A stretch of 64,000 nt of DNA, taken from Camelus ferus (lineage: Eukaryota). Shown in pieces: positions 25,441-38,492 of this stretch (the first letter of the stretch is position 1; the number at the start of each line of letters is the position of its first letter). The position numbers were made by a program, and so were the translations under genes. The stretch lies in contig NC_045697.1 of the NCBI RefSeq assembly GCF_009834535.1, positions 9,054,001 through 9,118,000 of the forward strand, in the 5' to 3' direction. A model generated the notes under the pieces. That model searched no databases. It had not been told where the DNA came from and saw nothing but the letters and a program-made list of their open reading frames with translations.

Positions 25441-26092
25441 ATACGTTTTCCTTATAGGACACTCTTGGGTCTTTTTCTAAGAAAGGGCAGTTCAGTTCCC
25501 ATTATGTACACGTAAACCCTCTATGCAACATGATTCTAAATGTAGCTTATTATAGAGATATCATATCTGTATGTGCTACTCCATCTTTTTCGAAATAATA
25601 ACTCTTGCCAACCATAAGAGTTACATTCCTGAAAAATGTTATTGTTGGTAAAGATTGTTGCTAGTGAAATCAAGACATAACAAAGAAAACAGGTTTAAGG
25701 GATAAACAATAAAATGACATTGCTTGGATTCTAAAAGCAAATACATGTTACAGAGGACATGTAACTCCAAAACACAACTGATTTGTCAAGATTAAATTCT
25801 TGCTCTTCCCTTTATAGACATTGCTGTTATTACAGTCATAGATGAGAAAACTGGGTCTTAGAGAGGCAAAGTGTAAGTAACACTACTTGTTTCATCTTCC
25901 TTCATGACATCTGTAAATAGTAGTTTCTGTTGAACAATTAGAATCAAACCTTACTGGTAATTTTGTAATGAACTTCCCAAGGAATCAGTGTTAGGATTGG
26001 TTGCTATTTTGTTAATACCATGACCAGGACAGTCATACTTCTAGAAGACGTACAAGGTGCAGGAGCAGAATGAAAATCAATGTAGCATGCTC

Positions 26093-26975
26093 TATTTTTT
26101 TTTAACATTTAATTTTGGCCTAATTTTAGACTTAGAGAAAAGTTGCAAAAATAGTACAAAGAGTTCCCTTACCAGGCTTCCCAAATGTTAAAAATGTTAA
26201 CATCTTACGTAACTATAGTGCAATTATCAAAACCGGGGAGTTAACATTGGTGCAAAATTATTAACTAAATTACAGACTTTTTTTTAAATTCACTAATTTT
26301 TCCAATATCATTCTTCTCTTTTTAGATCCAATTCAAGATCCTACATTGCATTTAGTTGTTACATCTCCTTAACGGACTCTAATCTGTAACAGTTCCTCAT
26401 TCTTTCCTTGTCTTTCATGACCTTGGCTCTTCTAAAGAGTAATGATGAGTTATTTTGTAGAATATCCCTCAGTGTGGATTTGTGCAATGTTTTCTTAATG
26501 TTGGAGTGGTTGTGTGTTTTTGCCAAGAATGCCACAAAAATTATGTGGTGTCCTCCATGCACGATATGAAGGGGTTCATGGTGTCACTATCTCTCATCAC
26601 GGGTGATGGTTACCTTGATCGCTTGCTTAACTTGGCATCTGGCAAGTTTTTCCACTGTAAAATTACTATTTTCTCTTTTGTTGTTGAAAAATATCTTGGA
26701 TAAAATATTTTGAGATTATGCAAATCCTGTTTCTCCTTAAACTCTCACCCTGTAACTTGTGCAGCTTGTCTGTAATACTTTTTACTGTGTTGTTTGCCTA
26801 CTGGTGATTCCACATTTCCCTTTTCCCTTCTAAATTTATTCATTGGAATTACACTGTGGGGAAGAGATAGCTCCTTATTTTATTTATTTAAAATTTGATG
26901 TTATTACATCAGTAGAATTTATGGAGTCTTATGCAATTCTATGGGTTAAAATCTAACACTACCATTATTTATCTG
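26093..26975 (-). mobile_element. Old L1 (L1MC/L1MD-like) 3' end
   Basis: T-tail then TAATTTTAGACTTAGAGAAAAGTTGCAAAAATAGTACAAAGAGTTCCC..CATTGCATTTAGTTG..TTTCATGACCTTG, typical of a reverse L1MC 3'UTR. Confidence 0.85.
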
Positions 26976-28739
26976 TACAAGCACCACTCTTTACAGTTGC
27001 CCTGAGTGTATTGGAAAGAGAATGGAAAATGATGACTGGAGGTTGAGTTTAAGCCCAAAGTCTAAGCTGAGCCTTGTCATCCACTATACATTGAAATGTT
27101 TATATCAGCACATCCAAGTCTGCTTGTGGATACTAAGATAAAGCTCAGAGGTTATGAACATGAGGGAAGATGGGAGGGAGGGAGAGGAGAGGGAGAGGAA
27201 GAGAGAGAGGACACATGATCTTAGAGGTCACATGGACCAAAGAAGGAGAGAGAACAGGGTCAGCTTTGTCTAGAACTGCTCACTGAGTAGAGGCAGACTT
27301 CAGAGACCACCTATGCTATGCTGGAGTAGACAGGATAAGGACTTACTTATTCATTCTGAGAAAGTGTGCTTAGACCTTCAGCAAAATTGGTAACATGCCA
27401 AAAATGAGAAAGAATTGAGGGTTCCTCTGTGATGAAATTTATCTCTGGCTAAATAGGCCTCTTGCAGATTTTGCTCTGCTCTTTTTCAACATAGATGGAA
27501 CAAACATAGGGCTAAATCTTGACTGAATCTCTTCTGTGAGCTGATAAATTAGGGAAGGATTAAAGAAAAAGGAGACATGTGATTCTCTGGAAAGACTTAG
27601 ATATCATGTGGAATAATGACAGGCGGAAAAAACAACCCAAAACACTGGAATGAGACTAGAAATTCAAATTTCTGCTCTAGTAACTTTATACTTGAAGCAT
27701 CCTCCTCTGAAAAATGAAAGTTACATTTCACATTCTCTGAAATCTCTCCCTTTCAGCTCTCACATCCTGCTCTGTTCTCTCTCTTTTGCTTGTTTAATGT
27801 TGGTAAAGCCAATGGGCTGTATTAATTAATGAGGAACTCCTAGAGATTTTAAAGCATTTATAGTCCCAGGGTCTATGAACTGAGAAGTGACCCCAAGAAG
27901 ACTGTGGCAACCTGGCAGGACTGACGATGCTCAGAAAGGCTCTGGGAATTCCTGAAGGCAAGTGCAGAAAGCCATTCTGTGCTTGATGTTTTAGGGTAAC
28001 TGTTCGCACACAGTTGTTGTTGGACACATATGCTAGAGAGTTTGGTTTCACGCCGAGCATATGGTAGCTTTGGAATAAAGTGTGGATTCTTGTTAAGATC
28101 TTTGGCTCATGTCTTCTCAGTTCTAGAGAATAACAGAAGAGAGAGTAGAATGAGGGCACTATTCTAGTTAGGGGTGTTACATAAGTGACGTCTGCTTTTC
28201 TCCACCCGCTGAGGTGGTGACATATAGCATTCAGAATCTTACATCATGTTGTTTATTTTTCTTTGTGTCTGTCTGTCATTGTTTCCTTTTTGTGCTCTTA
28301 TTTCTTTGTGTTCTTCCTCTCTCCCTCCCTCCTTCTTTCTTCCTTCCTTTTTTTTTGGGTTAATCTGAGACCCCAGGATGAAGAGAAATGTTTCTATGAG
28401 TCAAGTTTCTAATTTACTAGAAAACTTGGAAATAAGAGAGGCCACAGGAAGTGAGGTTTTCTCTGTAACCAGCTCAGAGTCGGCTCTCTGCTAAGGAATG
28501 GTTCACTCCTGGGGAACACTGTCTAGGTAAAGAGGGGAACACATTCATTTTGCTCGACAGAGCCCGAGTCCCCCGAGCTTTGCACTTGTGAATTCCTCCA
28601 TATAGAAATTAGAGTCAGATGAGTACTTACAGTTCAGTGATTGTCCAAACTGTGCTCTAAGGTGGACTAGGTTCTTAGAGGTGCATCAAGATCACTGAGG
28701 CTAATGAGGGGGTCTCTTAGTTTTCCAATCCCGCTTTAG

Positions 28740-29030
28740 CTAACATAGCACGTTAGTTAAGAGGGTGGATAACGGAGCTGGGCTTGCTGGGTGTGGTCCT
28801 GGTTATTATCTATGAGACCTAGGGCAAGTTACCTAACTTATGGGTCGGCAAGTTACTCATCTGTGAAACAGAAATAATAATAATAATAATAATAACAACA
28901 ACAACAACAATAATAATAATACTGCTTACCTCATAGGGTTGTGTGAGGATTACATGAGTGAGTACATTTAAAGTGCTTAGAATAGCAGAAGTCATATGGT
29001 AAGCACTACGAAGTCTTTTCTGTTACTGTT
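28740..29030 (+). mobile_element. Near full-length MIR with internal (AAT)n/(AAC)n expansion (28872-28921)
   Basis: GGGCAAGTTACCTAAC..CTCATCTGTGAAA..TACCTCATAGGGTTGTGTGAGGATTA..AAAGTGCTTAGAATAG. Confidence 0.9.
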
Positions 29031-29199
29031 AATAGCGTCTACATCATTATTACCACTGAAATTCTACATATCACTTCATCTGATAAGAGGGTTTAGTGGT
29101 TAAACTCTTTTCTTTACACACATACACACATACTCTGGTATTTTCCTTATTTTATCCTGAGCAAATCAACCTTGCAATATGGTTAGCTAAACTCTGCTT

Positions 29200-29720
29200 G
29201 AACACGCCTGGTGATAAAGAGTTATTTCTCCAACTTGTAAGGCTGCCTGCTTTGTTGGTAATGAGCTCTTGCTAATTCTAATGAGCTAAAATCTATTTCC
29301 TTGCAGATTTAACCAGCTAGCCTTTTCCCTCCTCTCTGGAATCATGCTGAACGAGTCTCTTTTACTTCCATATGACAGCTACCCTTCCACCTGGCTCAAG
29401 AATTAGCGCAGTATTGTTGGTGGGTTCTAGTCTCCTTGCTTACATACTTCCAATGCGAGAGAGCTCACCACTTCCTAAGGCAGCTTTTCTAATTGTTGGT
29501 CAACTCTGAGGATTAGAAACTCTTCCTGCAGCCAAAATGACTGGCTTTCTCTTGTACTTACACCCACTGGCTTCCCTAGAGTTGCTTAAAAGTCCAACTT
29601 CCCTTCTCCAAATGGGCTTTAAGATAATAAAAGAGAGGCATCCCTTTTGTCCTCTCCAGACAAATCGTTCTTTCAACTGTTCCTAATGTGAAGAATTTGT
29701 CCAGGATTCATCGATTGGTC
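29200..29720 (-). mobile_element. Two adjacent CR1/L3 3'-end remnants
   Basis: GAGCTCACCACTTCCTAAGGCAGC..TGTTGGTCAACTCTGAGGATTAGAAAC, plus a related copy at ~29220-29380. Confidence 0.55.
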
Positions 29721-31898
29721 TGTCCAAATAAAGCCACCATAATAGTAACGACAGTTACTCTGGCTCATTCCCATGTCTGCATTCTTGAAGCCCTTAAGAA
29801 TCTTTGTGTCACATGAGATTTCCATCTTTTCTTTTTGTCAGTCATCTGCTCTGGTTCTCCCTTTTCAGTGCCCACTGTGGAGAAAGCACTGGGGGCTGCA
29901 CCTTCTTCTGCTGCAGTTGAGAACAGAAAACAAGCCTTTGCAAAGGCTACTGCTTCTCCAGAAGCTGTCTGCATTGTGGGGTCAATGTGGCATTTGCTCC
30001 CACATCAGAACATCAATGCACTTTGAGTTCCTTGTAGAGGATTCACTCCCCAACGTCATTTCCCCCAGGCACTGAAGCAGGGATGCTGTGTCCCTGTGTC
30101 TCAGGCCTGAGTGGGAGTGGAAGCAGCCTCTCTCTTTTCAGGGCTGGAGCAAATCCATGGGGATGGAGACCGAAGAACTGCCAAGGGCATTCCTTCCTGC
30201 CCCTGCCTCCCACGTGCATGTGCATAAATATTTTCCTAGGTTTGTGCATAGGGGTTGCTTTCTGTTGCCACACCCCTCTGCTTGTATATATCTGACCTAG
30301 TCTGAGCTCAAGATGAGAATCCCCCAATGCATAGGACAAGCTTTCCAGACCCATCACCATCACGTTTCCTCACCTTTCACTTGAACCAAGAATTAGTCAG
30401 CATGAATCAAATTAGGATGCAAATATAAATATTGGGTCCAACTTGTGGTAGTGGCAGGAAGTGTTCTACAAGAGAGCTTGAGTGGGCATGAATAGGAGAG
30501 TTTCAGCGAGGGGCAGGATGTGACCTGAGGAGAATATATAGGCAGAGGAAATGAGCTGCAAACTGTACATTCTAGTGTGCCTGTAAACATACGTATGTTC
30601 AGTATACTCTCTTGGGTTATATGGATAGAATATAATGTGACTTCTCTGGGGATACTTAAAATAATTAGGTTTAAATTAGAACCATTGACTAGGAAGTCTA
30701 TTTTCTAACAATGATTTACTCTAATACAAACACACCAAAAAAATCAATACTATATACATAGTGCAATTCCATTCAAATTGCTATATTTAGCTAACATTTA
30801 CACTTTACGAAGGCTGAGAGTAATTGTTTATTTGTCCATAATGATCAGGTTGCAACCAGACAATCTGAAAACAAAATTAAAGCCCTTGTTTTTATCATTT
30901 ATCATTTTCAATTGCATTCATTTTCTCTGTAATTGGATGAGGTGCAGGTTCTAGACTTTATAACTCTTTTAAAACAAGTCTTAAAATTTTTCATCCCAAA
31001 CACAACTATTTCTTATGTGTGAGGTATCTCTTCAAGCTCATTTAATCGTTTATCTTTTCATAGCAAGGTATGTATGAAACATATAATATATGCAAGGCAT
31101 TAATGCTAACTGCAGTAGGGAATGTCGAAAATGAAGAAGACACCATCCTTCCTCTCAAAGAATAAAGGGACAAGTAGGGGAGGAGCTTCCCTTGCACTTT
31201 AATCCCAGATGGAGTATAATTAGAGTTAGCGCAGTGGCACACACCACGTAAAGAGAGACGAAACCGGAGAGTCATGACCTTTCAACCGTGGAATCGAGAA
31301 GACCTCAACAGGAGATTTCCCACAGGAGAAAAATCTCAGGGAAGAGTCTTCAGGAATAAAGTTAAGACATGAGCTAAGCCTTGAAAAATGGAAAGTGCAG
31401 CACACACTGAGAAAACAGCAGGCATCCTGGTACTGAGGAAGAATGTAGTATTTGGGAAGAACTTGGGCTGACCATGTGTCTTTTCTAGAATGCAGAAGGT
31501 ATTAGAAGGCAGGCTTTAAGGAGTTTGTCCCTTGCCCTTACCCACGAGGGAACTCTGAGGAGTTTGGAACAGAGGAGTGCTATGGTCAGACCTGTTTCTG
31601 CATTCTATTGCTGCATTTCTAGTTTTGTGATGTTCATCCTAATCAAATTCATCCAGAACCATCTGATGCTCTAGGTCCTCAAAAATCCTCACTTTGCTGA
31701 TAAACAGACTGAGGCACAGAGAGACCAAGTAGTTAAACTAACCCTTTGCCCTAGAGATGGATGCTTTGGAGATAGCCTCCCTTTTTCTTCAGCAAAATGT
31801 AAGTCTCTGCTTTGGTTAAGTCCCAAACTTCCTAGGAAAGGGAAAAGGAAAGAAGGGAAGGAAACATCCTGCAGGGCCTGTCATGTAAAGAACATTTC

Positions 31899-32486
31899 TG
31901 TTAGAGCAGACAGGTAGCTAGATATGAGCAGAGAAAGGGGACACGGGCCAAATGGCAGAAAACCACACATCTTGGGAACAACGGGGGTCTTTGGACAGAC
32001 CAAGAAAAACAGGATCCTCCAGACTGATAAGAAACCATACATTCTGTGTTGACAGGTGTCCTGGAGGCAAAGAAAGGTGGGACAAGACAGGAATCTCCAC
32101 CTTCTCAATGAAAACTTTCACTCATTATGACCTCCATCTGAATGTAACCTTTTGCTCATTATGACCTCATCTGACTTCCCAATCAAGACTGAATAAAGAC
32201 AAAAAAAGTCCCTCCTCCCCACCTGGGAAGGTGGAGCTGGGATGAAGATCAGGAAAGACAACCCCAAACCCCTCCCTGCCAGTGAATATTCTGCCCATTC
32301 ATTTTTACACCCAGATTACCAGCTTGCCAAGGAAACTCAGAGCAGCTCCCCACCTGGGTCTGCCTGCTCTTTCCTTGAGAGAATACTTATCTATCCCTTA
32401 ATAGATCCTTGCTTTGCTTTCTTGACCTCTGTGTCTTGTTTCTGAATTCTTTCTGCGACAAGACAAGAACCTTCCTGCCGACAACA
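31899..32486 (+). mobile_element. ERV1-class solo LTR, 588 bp
   Basis: TGTT...AACA termini; perfect 4-bp TSD TTTC (31895-31898 / 32487-32490); internal duplication CTCATTATGACCTC(C)ATCTG; U5-like end CTGAATTCTTTTCTGCGACAAGACAAGAAC. Confidence 0.9.
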
Positions 32487-32656
32487 TTTCCATAGGGCTG
32501 ATTGGAAATAAACATCCTTTGGGGTTTATAGTGTCCATTAATAAAGTTAGTTACTTATGCCACGGGCTCAGAAGCACATTTAAAATATTCATTTAAATAT
32601 TTATTTTATCAGTTTAAAATCTCTATTTAATAACTTCTGCCACTGTGAATACCAAA

Positions 32657-32900
32657 TGTATTATTTACCTATTGCTAGATAACAAACCATCTTACAACTT
32701 AATGGTTTAAACAGCAAAACAAATATCCTTTTTTTTTTACTTACAAACCTAGTGGGTCTACAGTTTTGTTTGGACTCATATGGGCGGTTCTTCTGCTGGT
32801 CTCGTCTGGGCCACTCGTGAGGTAGCAGCCATTGGGATGCTTGATTTGTGCTGCATGATCTAAGACAGTCTGTGTATCTGGAAGTTGGTGCTTACTTAAG
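32657..32900 (-). mobile_element. MaLR LTR fragment (MLT1F/G/H-like)
   Basis: TGTATT..CTATTGCTAGATAACAAACCATC..AACTTAATGGTTTAAAC..GGGCGGTTCTTCTGCTGGTCTC. Confidence 0.7.
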
Positions 32901-33157
32901 CCAACAGACAGGAAGAGGAGTGAGATGTGGAGGAGAAGAGGGTGAGGACAACAGGGAGTGCACCAACCTTCTGTGCATCTGTTTGTCACTGTACCTGATC
33001 ACAAAGAATTTAAAATCTCATACAAGCTCCTCTTGTGGCCAATTCTAACATAGTACCACACGGGGAAGGTGATTTGAGGAAACAGTTCCTAGAGAAGTTG
33101 ATGGAGTGAAATGTACCGCCGTCCACCCCTGGTTGATGTGGCATCTGCACAATCCTC

Positions 33158-33214
33158 ATTTTCTTTTCTTTTCTTTCTTCTTTTCTTTTCTTTTCTTTTC
33201 CTTTCTTTTCTTTT
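33158..33214. repeat. (TTTTC)n simple repeat
   Basis: Directly visible. Confidence 0.9.
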
Positions 33215-33334
33215 CATCATATTGAACTTTGAAACTAAAGAATAGCAAAATCATTTCAAATTTACATAATACCTATATCCCTTTTATAACTAAAATTAGG
33301 TTGTCTACCCCCAGCATAGGGGGAGCAAGAGTCA

Positions 33335-33473
33335 TTTTTTTTAAAAAATATTTTTTTTATTGAGTTATAGTCATTTTACAATGTGCCAGATTCCAGTGTA
33401 GAGCACAACTTTTCAGTTCTACATGAACATACATCTATTCATTGTCACTTTTTTTTCCCACTGTGAGCAACCA
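33335..33473 (-). mobile_element. Short young-family L1 3' end
   Basis: Reverse complement of the same 3'UTR as at 7148-7360; possible TSD AAGAGTC (33327-33333 / 33492-33498). Confidence 0.85.
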
Positions 33474-33917
33474 CACACACACACATGCAAAAAGAGTCTT
33501 ATATGTCACTTTATTTTTCTTTTGGCTCATTCTCCTCTTAGCTGAACCACACTCTACTGTTGATATATAATAACTTAAATAATGAGATATAAAGTTAACT
33601 ACAATGAAGCCACTTAGTATCAGACAGTATGGTAACAGGATAGGGAAAAAGAAAAAGAACAAAATAATTACTTATTACACATAAAATAAATATATTTATA
33701 GCAAAACGAAGAAGAAACTGCACAGTCATCAGATCTGCAAATAGTGACACACCCTTAGCTGATATTTATAACTTTTCCCTCTACGAATTTCACGTTTCTT
33801 TGGCTCTCAGTGAGTACCTCAAGTGATCAGGACTCCTTCTTCCAACTTTCATTCCTGAGGGTCTGTACTATTTTCTGTTCTGTCTATAGTGGGTTGTTGT
33901 AGTTTTCTGTTAACTTT

Positions 33918-34495
33918 CTTTTTTAAATTTGTTTTTTAATGAAGTGTAGTTGATTCATAATGTTTGTTTCAGGTGTACAGAAAAGTGACTCAGGTATACA
34001 TATACATATATATATATTTTTTTTCAGATTCTTTCCCATTATATGTTATTACAAGAAATTGAATATAGTTTCCCTGTGCTATACAGTAAGTCTTTGTTGT
34101 TTATCTATTTTATGTATAGTAATATGTATCTGTTAATCCCAAACTCCTAATTTATCCCTTCCACACCCTTTCCCCTTTGGTAACCATAGTTTGTTTTCTG
34201 TCTGAATCTGTTTTCGGTTTGTAAATAAAATTTGTATCACTTTTTTAGATCCCATATATAAATGATATCACATGATATTTGTCTTTCCCTGTCTGACTTA
34301 CTGACACACTTAATATGCTAATCTCTAGGTCCATCCATGCTGCTGCAAGTGGCATTATTCATTCTTTGTTATGGCTGAGTAATAGTCCATTGTGTATGTG
34401 TGTATCTATATCTATATCTATATCTATATCTATATCTATATCTATCACATCTTCTTTATCCAGTATCTGTCAATTAACTTTTATCCAGTCATCTG
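33918..34495 (-). mobile_element. 5'-truncated L1 (older subfamily) with (TATATC)n at 34401-34446
   Basis: Reverse L1 3'UTR/ORF2 end (CCCTGTGCTATACAG..TCTCTAGGTCCATCCATGCTGCTGCAA); 12-bp TSD TCTGTTAACTTT (33906-33917 / 34496-34507). Confidence 0.9.
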
Positions 34496-34869
34496 TCTGT
34501 TAACTTTAATCACAACACTTTTACAAAAAGTACCCCAGAGGAGTTCCTGTATTCCAAACATATTCTTCCCTGGCCTCTGAGTTACTGACAACCAACATAT
34601 TTTTGATAGTTAGAGTCAGTCACCTCAGTCTATTTAACATCTTTCTCCTTTTGCCTATAATTTCAGTGGTATAAGGAGCCCCAGATAGCCAGGCAGTAGT
34701 TTCCACTTCTTGTTTACTGGCTTTATAGTTGTTTTCCCTCATAGGGGCATCATCCATAGAGAACTATGACCAGCTGAGCTCAAGGTGGTCGTACAGGAGG
34801 ACACAATTTTTACTGGCACATTAGGAGTTAGAGTGAGAGAAGCCCTTTTATTTTCACTCATTGAAAAGG

Positions 34870-35680
34870 GTGGAGCCAAGAGTTGCAAAGGACAATGACC
34901 CAGGGAAATCACTCTCAGGTTGAAAAGCTGATTTTCCAATTAAAGAAAATCCCCTGGCCCTAGGACAGGGAATTTGACATGTTCCCAGCTGGATTTCAAA
35001 ATTACCAGGGATCAACGAATGCTGTGAATCTCCTGTTCTTCCCTTTTTAATGTCTGTTACTATTATTTTGTTCCTATCTGCTGTAGACTGAATATTTGTG
35101 TCTCCCTCATATTCATATTTTGTAACCTAACCCCCAATGTGAAGGTTATTTGAAGGTGGAACTTTTGAGAAACAATTAAGTCATGAGAGCAGAGTCCTCA
35201 TAAATCAGATTAGTGCTCTTATATAAGAGATCCTGAAGGCACTCTTTGTCCATTCCACCTTGTCAGGTTACAGCAAAAGGACACATATCTAGAAAATGGG
35301 CTGTCACCAGACACTGAGTCTGCTAGTGCCTTGATCTTGGACTTTACCACCTCCAGAACTGTGAGAAGTACATTGATTTTGTTAGTAAGCCATCCAGCTT
35401 ATGGAATTTTTGTTATAGAAGCCTGAATGGACTAAGACACTGTCTCACATTTGCATGTTGTGTATTTGGGGAACAGGTAACTTATTTTAGTTTATAGATG
35501 TCTGGTTCAAGAGGACCTTCAAGCAAGGATCTACCTCCAGGAACCTCATCCATCTGGCCTTGAGACAGAGCATGAGATCATGGGCTGATAGACTTTGGGG
35601 CTTCTCAAGAGAGAAGAGGTATAATTTGTCAGGGCATGTACATAACTAGGGCCAAAGGGCAAATTCTGCCTATTTCCATA
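34870..35680 (+). mobile_element. MaLR internal (MLT-int-like) sequence, split by an MLT1A LTR
   Basis: CCCAGCTGGATTTCAAAATT..GTAACTTATTTTAGTTTATAGATGTCTGGTTCAAGAGGA motifs lie either side of the inserted LTR. Confidence 0.5.
35079..35439 (+). mobile_element. MaLR solo LTR (MLT1A-like)
   Basis: TGCTGTAGACTGAAT...GGACTAAGACA; 5-bp TSD CTATC / CTGTC. Confidence 0.9.
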
Positions 35681-35689
35681 CTTCTTGGT

Positions 35690-36081
35690 GCATCAAGAGG
35701 CCAAGCTTTGCAGGTGGCAGCACCAGGGCTTCCTTGTCTTCTGGCTGTCCTTAAGTTTGGCTGGTGTGAGTTGCCAGTATGAGATCAGAGACAAGGAGGA
35801 GAACAGGACTAAAGCTTCATTCTTTCTACTTTCTCCCTGCTTCACAGTGGTTTTGGTGGTGGCCAAATTCTTCCATAGTTACAGCTCTACAGGTGGGCAC
35901 TCCTTTCCTTTTTCTACTTTGGGACCAGGGGCTACTAAGCTGATGTTGGTCTTTGGGTGCCTCAGTGTTTTTTTGAGCTTCCTTATCTGACCAGCACTTC
36001 TATAAATAGTTACATCCATACAAAATATTTTCCAGAATCCCAGCTGAGGGTTTGGTTTCCTGCCAGAATCTTGAATGATAT
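35690..36081 (+). mobile_element. LTR33-like ERVL LTR
   Basis: CCAGGGCTTCCTTGTCTTCTGGCT..GTTTGG..GAGATCAGAGACAAGGAGGAG motif. Confidence 0.5.
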
Positions 36082-37769
36082 GCTGTTTTAAGTGCTTTTT
36101 GTCACTTATTAACTATATGACTAAGGACAAATCATGTAACTATTCTGAACTTAATATCTTTACCTATAAAATAGAGTTGTAGGGGAACACTACATGTAAC
36201 AAGCATCTTTCATATGCTATCACTTCATGTTAGTTAATTCACTCCTTTTTAAAAATGCTTATGAATGTATTTTTTCACCATTGCATCCTCAAACTTATAG
36301 AGATACCTGGAAATTGGTAGACATTCAGTAAGTGCTTATTGAGTGAATGATGTAGGCATGAGATTGGTATCATAATCTTAACTATAAAAAATTGATGCTG
36401 GAATACATCAAGCTACCAGATGTGGATCACTGAGCTAATGAGTGACACTGCTGGAATTGGAGGCTAAGTTGTCGAATTTTTTTTACTTTTGCTCTTTTCA
36501 TGAAAAAAAAAAAAATCTTACTTATCCACCTAGCCAACCCTTACAGGGCTGTTGTGAGAGTTAGAGGAAATGAAAATATGGAAACATGTTATGAACTTTG
36601 AAATGTACTTAATTATACTGCATCATCATTATCTTTATGAATATGTTTTAAAACTTATTTCCTACTCTCCTGCCTCAAAATACCATGCAGTCACTAAATA
36701 CAAACTCATCCTCCTTTAAGTGTCAGGCAAATATGAATATGAAGATTGGTTGTTAGGGACAAAACAAAAGAAAATTATCTTGGAGGTTTTTGCTCTCTTA
36801 TATTATTTTCTTAATTGTATCCTTCTAATAACATGGCTGATTAAGAAATAATTTTCCAAGGTTTGAAATTTAACATTAGAAGCAAAAAAATATTTTAAAA
36901 GATTTTGGGCTTTGGATCTAGATGTGTCGGGAAAATATTCTGAGAGTGAAAGTTTAGAAAGAGCTTGAACTTGGTTCTCTGAATCCCAAGTCACAAGTAA
37001 ATGGAAGTCATGGGAGTCGCAAGAAATTGTTCCCGGGACCTTGGGTAAAAATTGAGGTTCTGAACCTTGGGACACATTATTGACTCTTTTCATGATGAAA
37101 CTTAGGTCTCCTGGGGAGTCTGCAAGATTGGCTAGATCCAAAATGTAATAGACTCTTTGATGAGGTAATGGTTGAAAGAGCTTTATGGAAGTTATATACA
37201 GCATGGTATCCATGCTTTTTCTTTTCTGTGTTGCTTATACATCACTTTAGAAAGTTCAAAGTATATCACAGCACAAAAATAGTGATGAGGTAGAACTTTG
37301 ATAGGTCTATCTCTTAGGACTATATCCCCGGCTGCGGGAAAGGAAGTCCCTTCTTTTTCTTTATCAGAGTCCAACCCTAGTGACCCGTGTTTCTATAACT
37401 TTGGAGATCTCAGAGTTTATTCACTACCCCTGTACAGTAGTTGAAACAAAACAAACTCACAGAGAAAGAAGCTTCTAAATAATAAAACTGGTTTTAGCAA
37501 ACATAAGCATTCAAGTCAATGTAGTTCTTCCAAACAGTTGCCCTGAGAAACAGGTCTCATATCAGTGATGACAACGCTGATGAACTGCATTCAAATCTGA
37601 AATACACAAAGTCGTAAAAAAATCCCAAAGATTATCAGAATCTTTTTCCACAGCTGTAAAGTAAAGAATTTTAGAAGCTGTGTTTTTTAGATACAACATT
37701 TCATAAGGTTTCAAAGATCTCAGCCTCAGAAACTAACTCTTCAATTATTCTTAAATTTATACACCCCAA

Positions 37770-38068
37770 AGATATTTATTCAGCACTTACTAATGTTCCT
37801 GGCATTAATCCTAATGCTGTGACTTGAAGACAGAGGTCACAGTCTAGGCTGGAGGAGTTCACATCTTAGTAACACAGATAAGTAAACATCAATAACAAAG
37901 GAATAAAAATGTGTGCAGAGAGTAAGCCCAAGGTGCTCTGGAAAACAAATAAGGGACACGGCATGATTTTGGAAGATTGGGAAAGTATAACCAGAAGAGA
38001 AAGCTCTCATGCTGAATTCTGAAGGACACTTGGGAATAATCCAGGTAGAGACATTGAAAAATCAAGAG
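37770..38068 (-). mobile_element. L2 3' fragment hosting the internal L1 piece
   Basis: TATTTATTCAGCACTTACTAATGTTCCTGGCATT..GGAGTTCACATCTTAG..AGATAAGTAAAC. Confidence 0.6.
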
Positions 38069-38492
38069 CAAAAGTTTGTGGGTTCATTTCTGGGCTCTCT
38101 ATTCTGTTCCATTGGTCTATATGTCTGTTTTGGTACCAATACCATGCTGTCTTGATGACTGTAGCTCTATAGTAGTGTCTGAAGTCTGGGAGAGTTATTC
38201 CTCCAGCCTCTTTCTTTCTCTTCAGTAATGCTTTGGCAATTCTAGGTCTTTGATGGTTCCATATAAATTTTATTATGATTTTTTCTAATTCTGTGAAGTA
38301 TGTCCTGGGTAATTGGATAGGGATTGCATTAAATCTGTAGATTGCCTTGGGCAGTGTGACCATTTTAACTGTATTGATTCTTCCAATCCGAGACCATGGG
38401 ATATCTTTCCATTTTTTAAAGTCTTCTTTAATTTCCTTCACCAATGGTTTATAGTTTTCTGTGTATAATTCTTTCACCTCCTTGGTTAGATT
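38069..38492 (-). mobile_element. Internal L1 ORF2 fragment (424 bp), no 3'UTR or poly(A)
   Basis: Reverse complement aligns to ~54000-54423 with about 10 substitutions by manual count; open frame [11 protein letters not shown]...[10 protein letters not shown]. Confidence 0.95.

Larger units (their letters stand above)
32900..34830 (-). mobile_element. ERVL-class element: LTR33-like LTR part (to ~33120) plus degraded internal sequence, interrupted by two L1s
   Basis: CTCTTGTGGCCAATTCTAAC..GGGAAGGTGATT resembles the reverse LTR33 start. It is followed by GTCCACCCCT (reverse PPT AGGGGTGGAC) and an ERVL-internal-like GGAGCCCCAGATAGCCAGGCAGTAG. Confidence 0.55.

Noticed and set aside
29869..29985. 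Possible + strand exon after CTCCCTTTTCAG
   Set aside because: The acceptor is plausible but the donor is weak (GTCAAT) and I did not recognise the peptide. Cannot be supported without transcript data.
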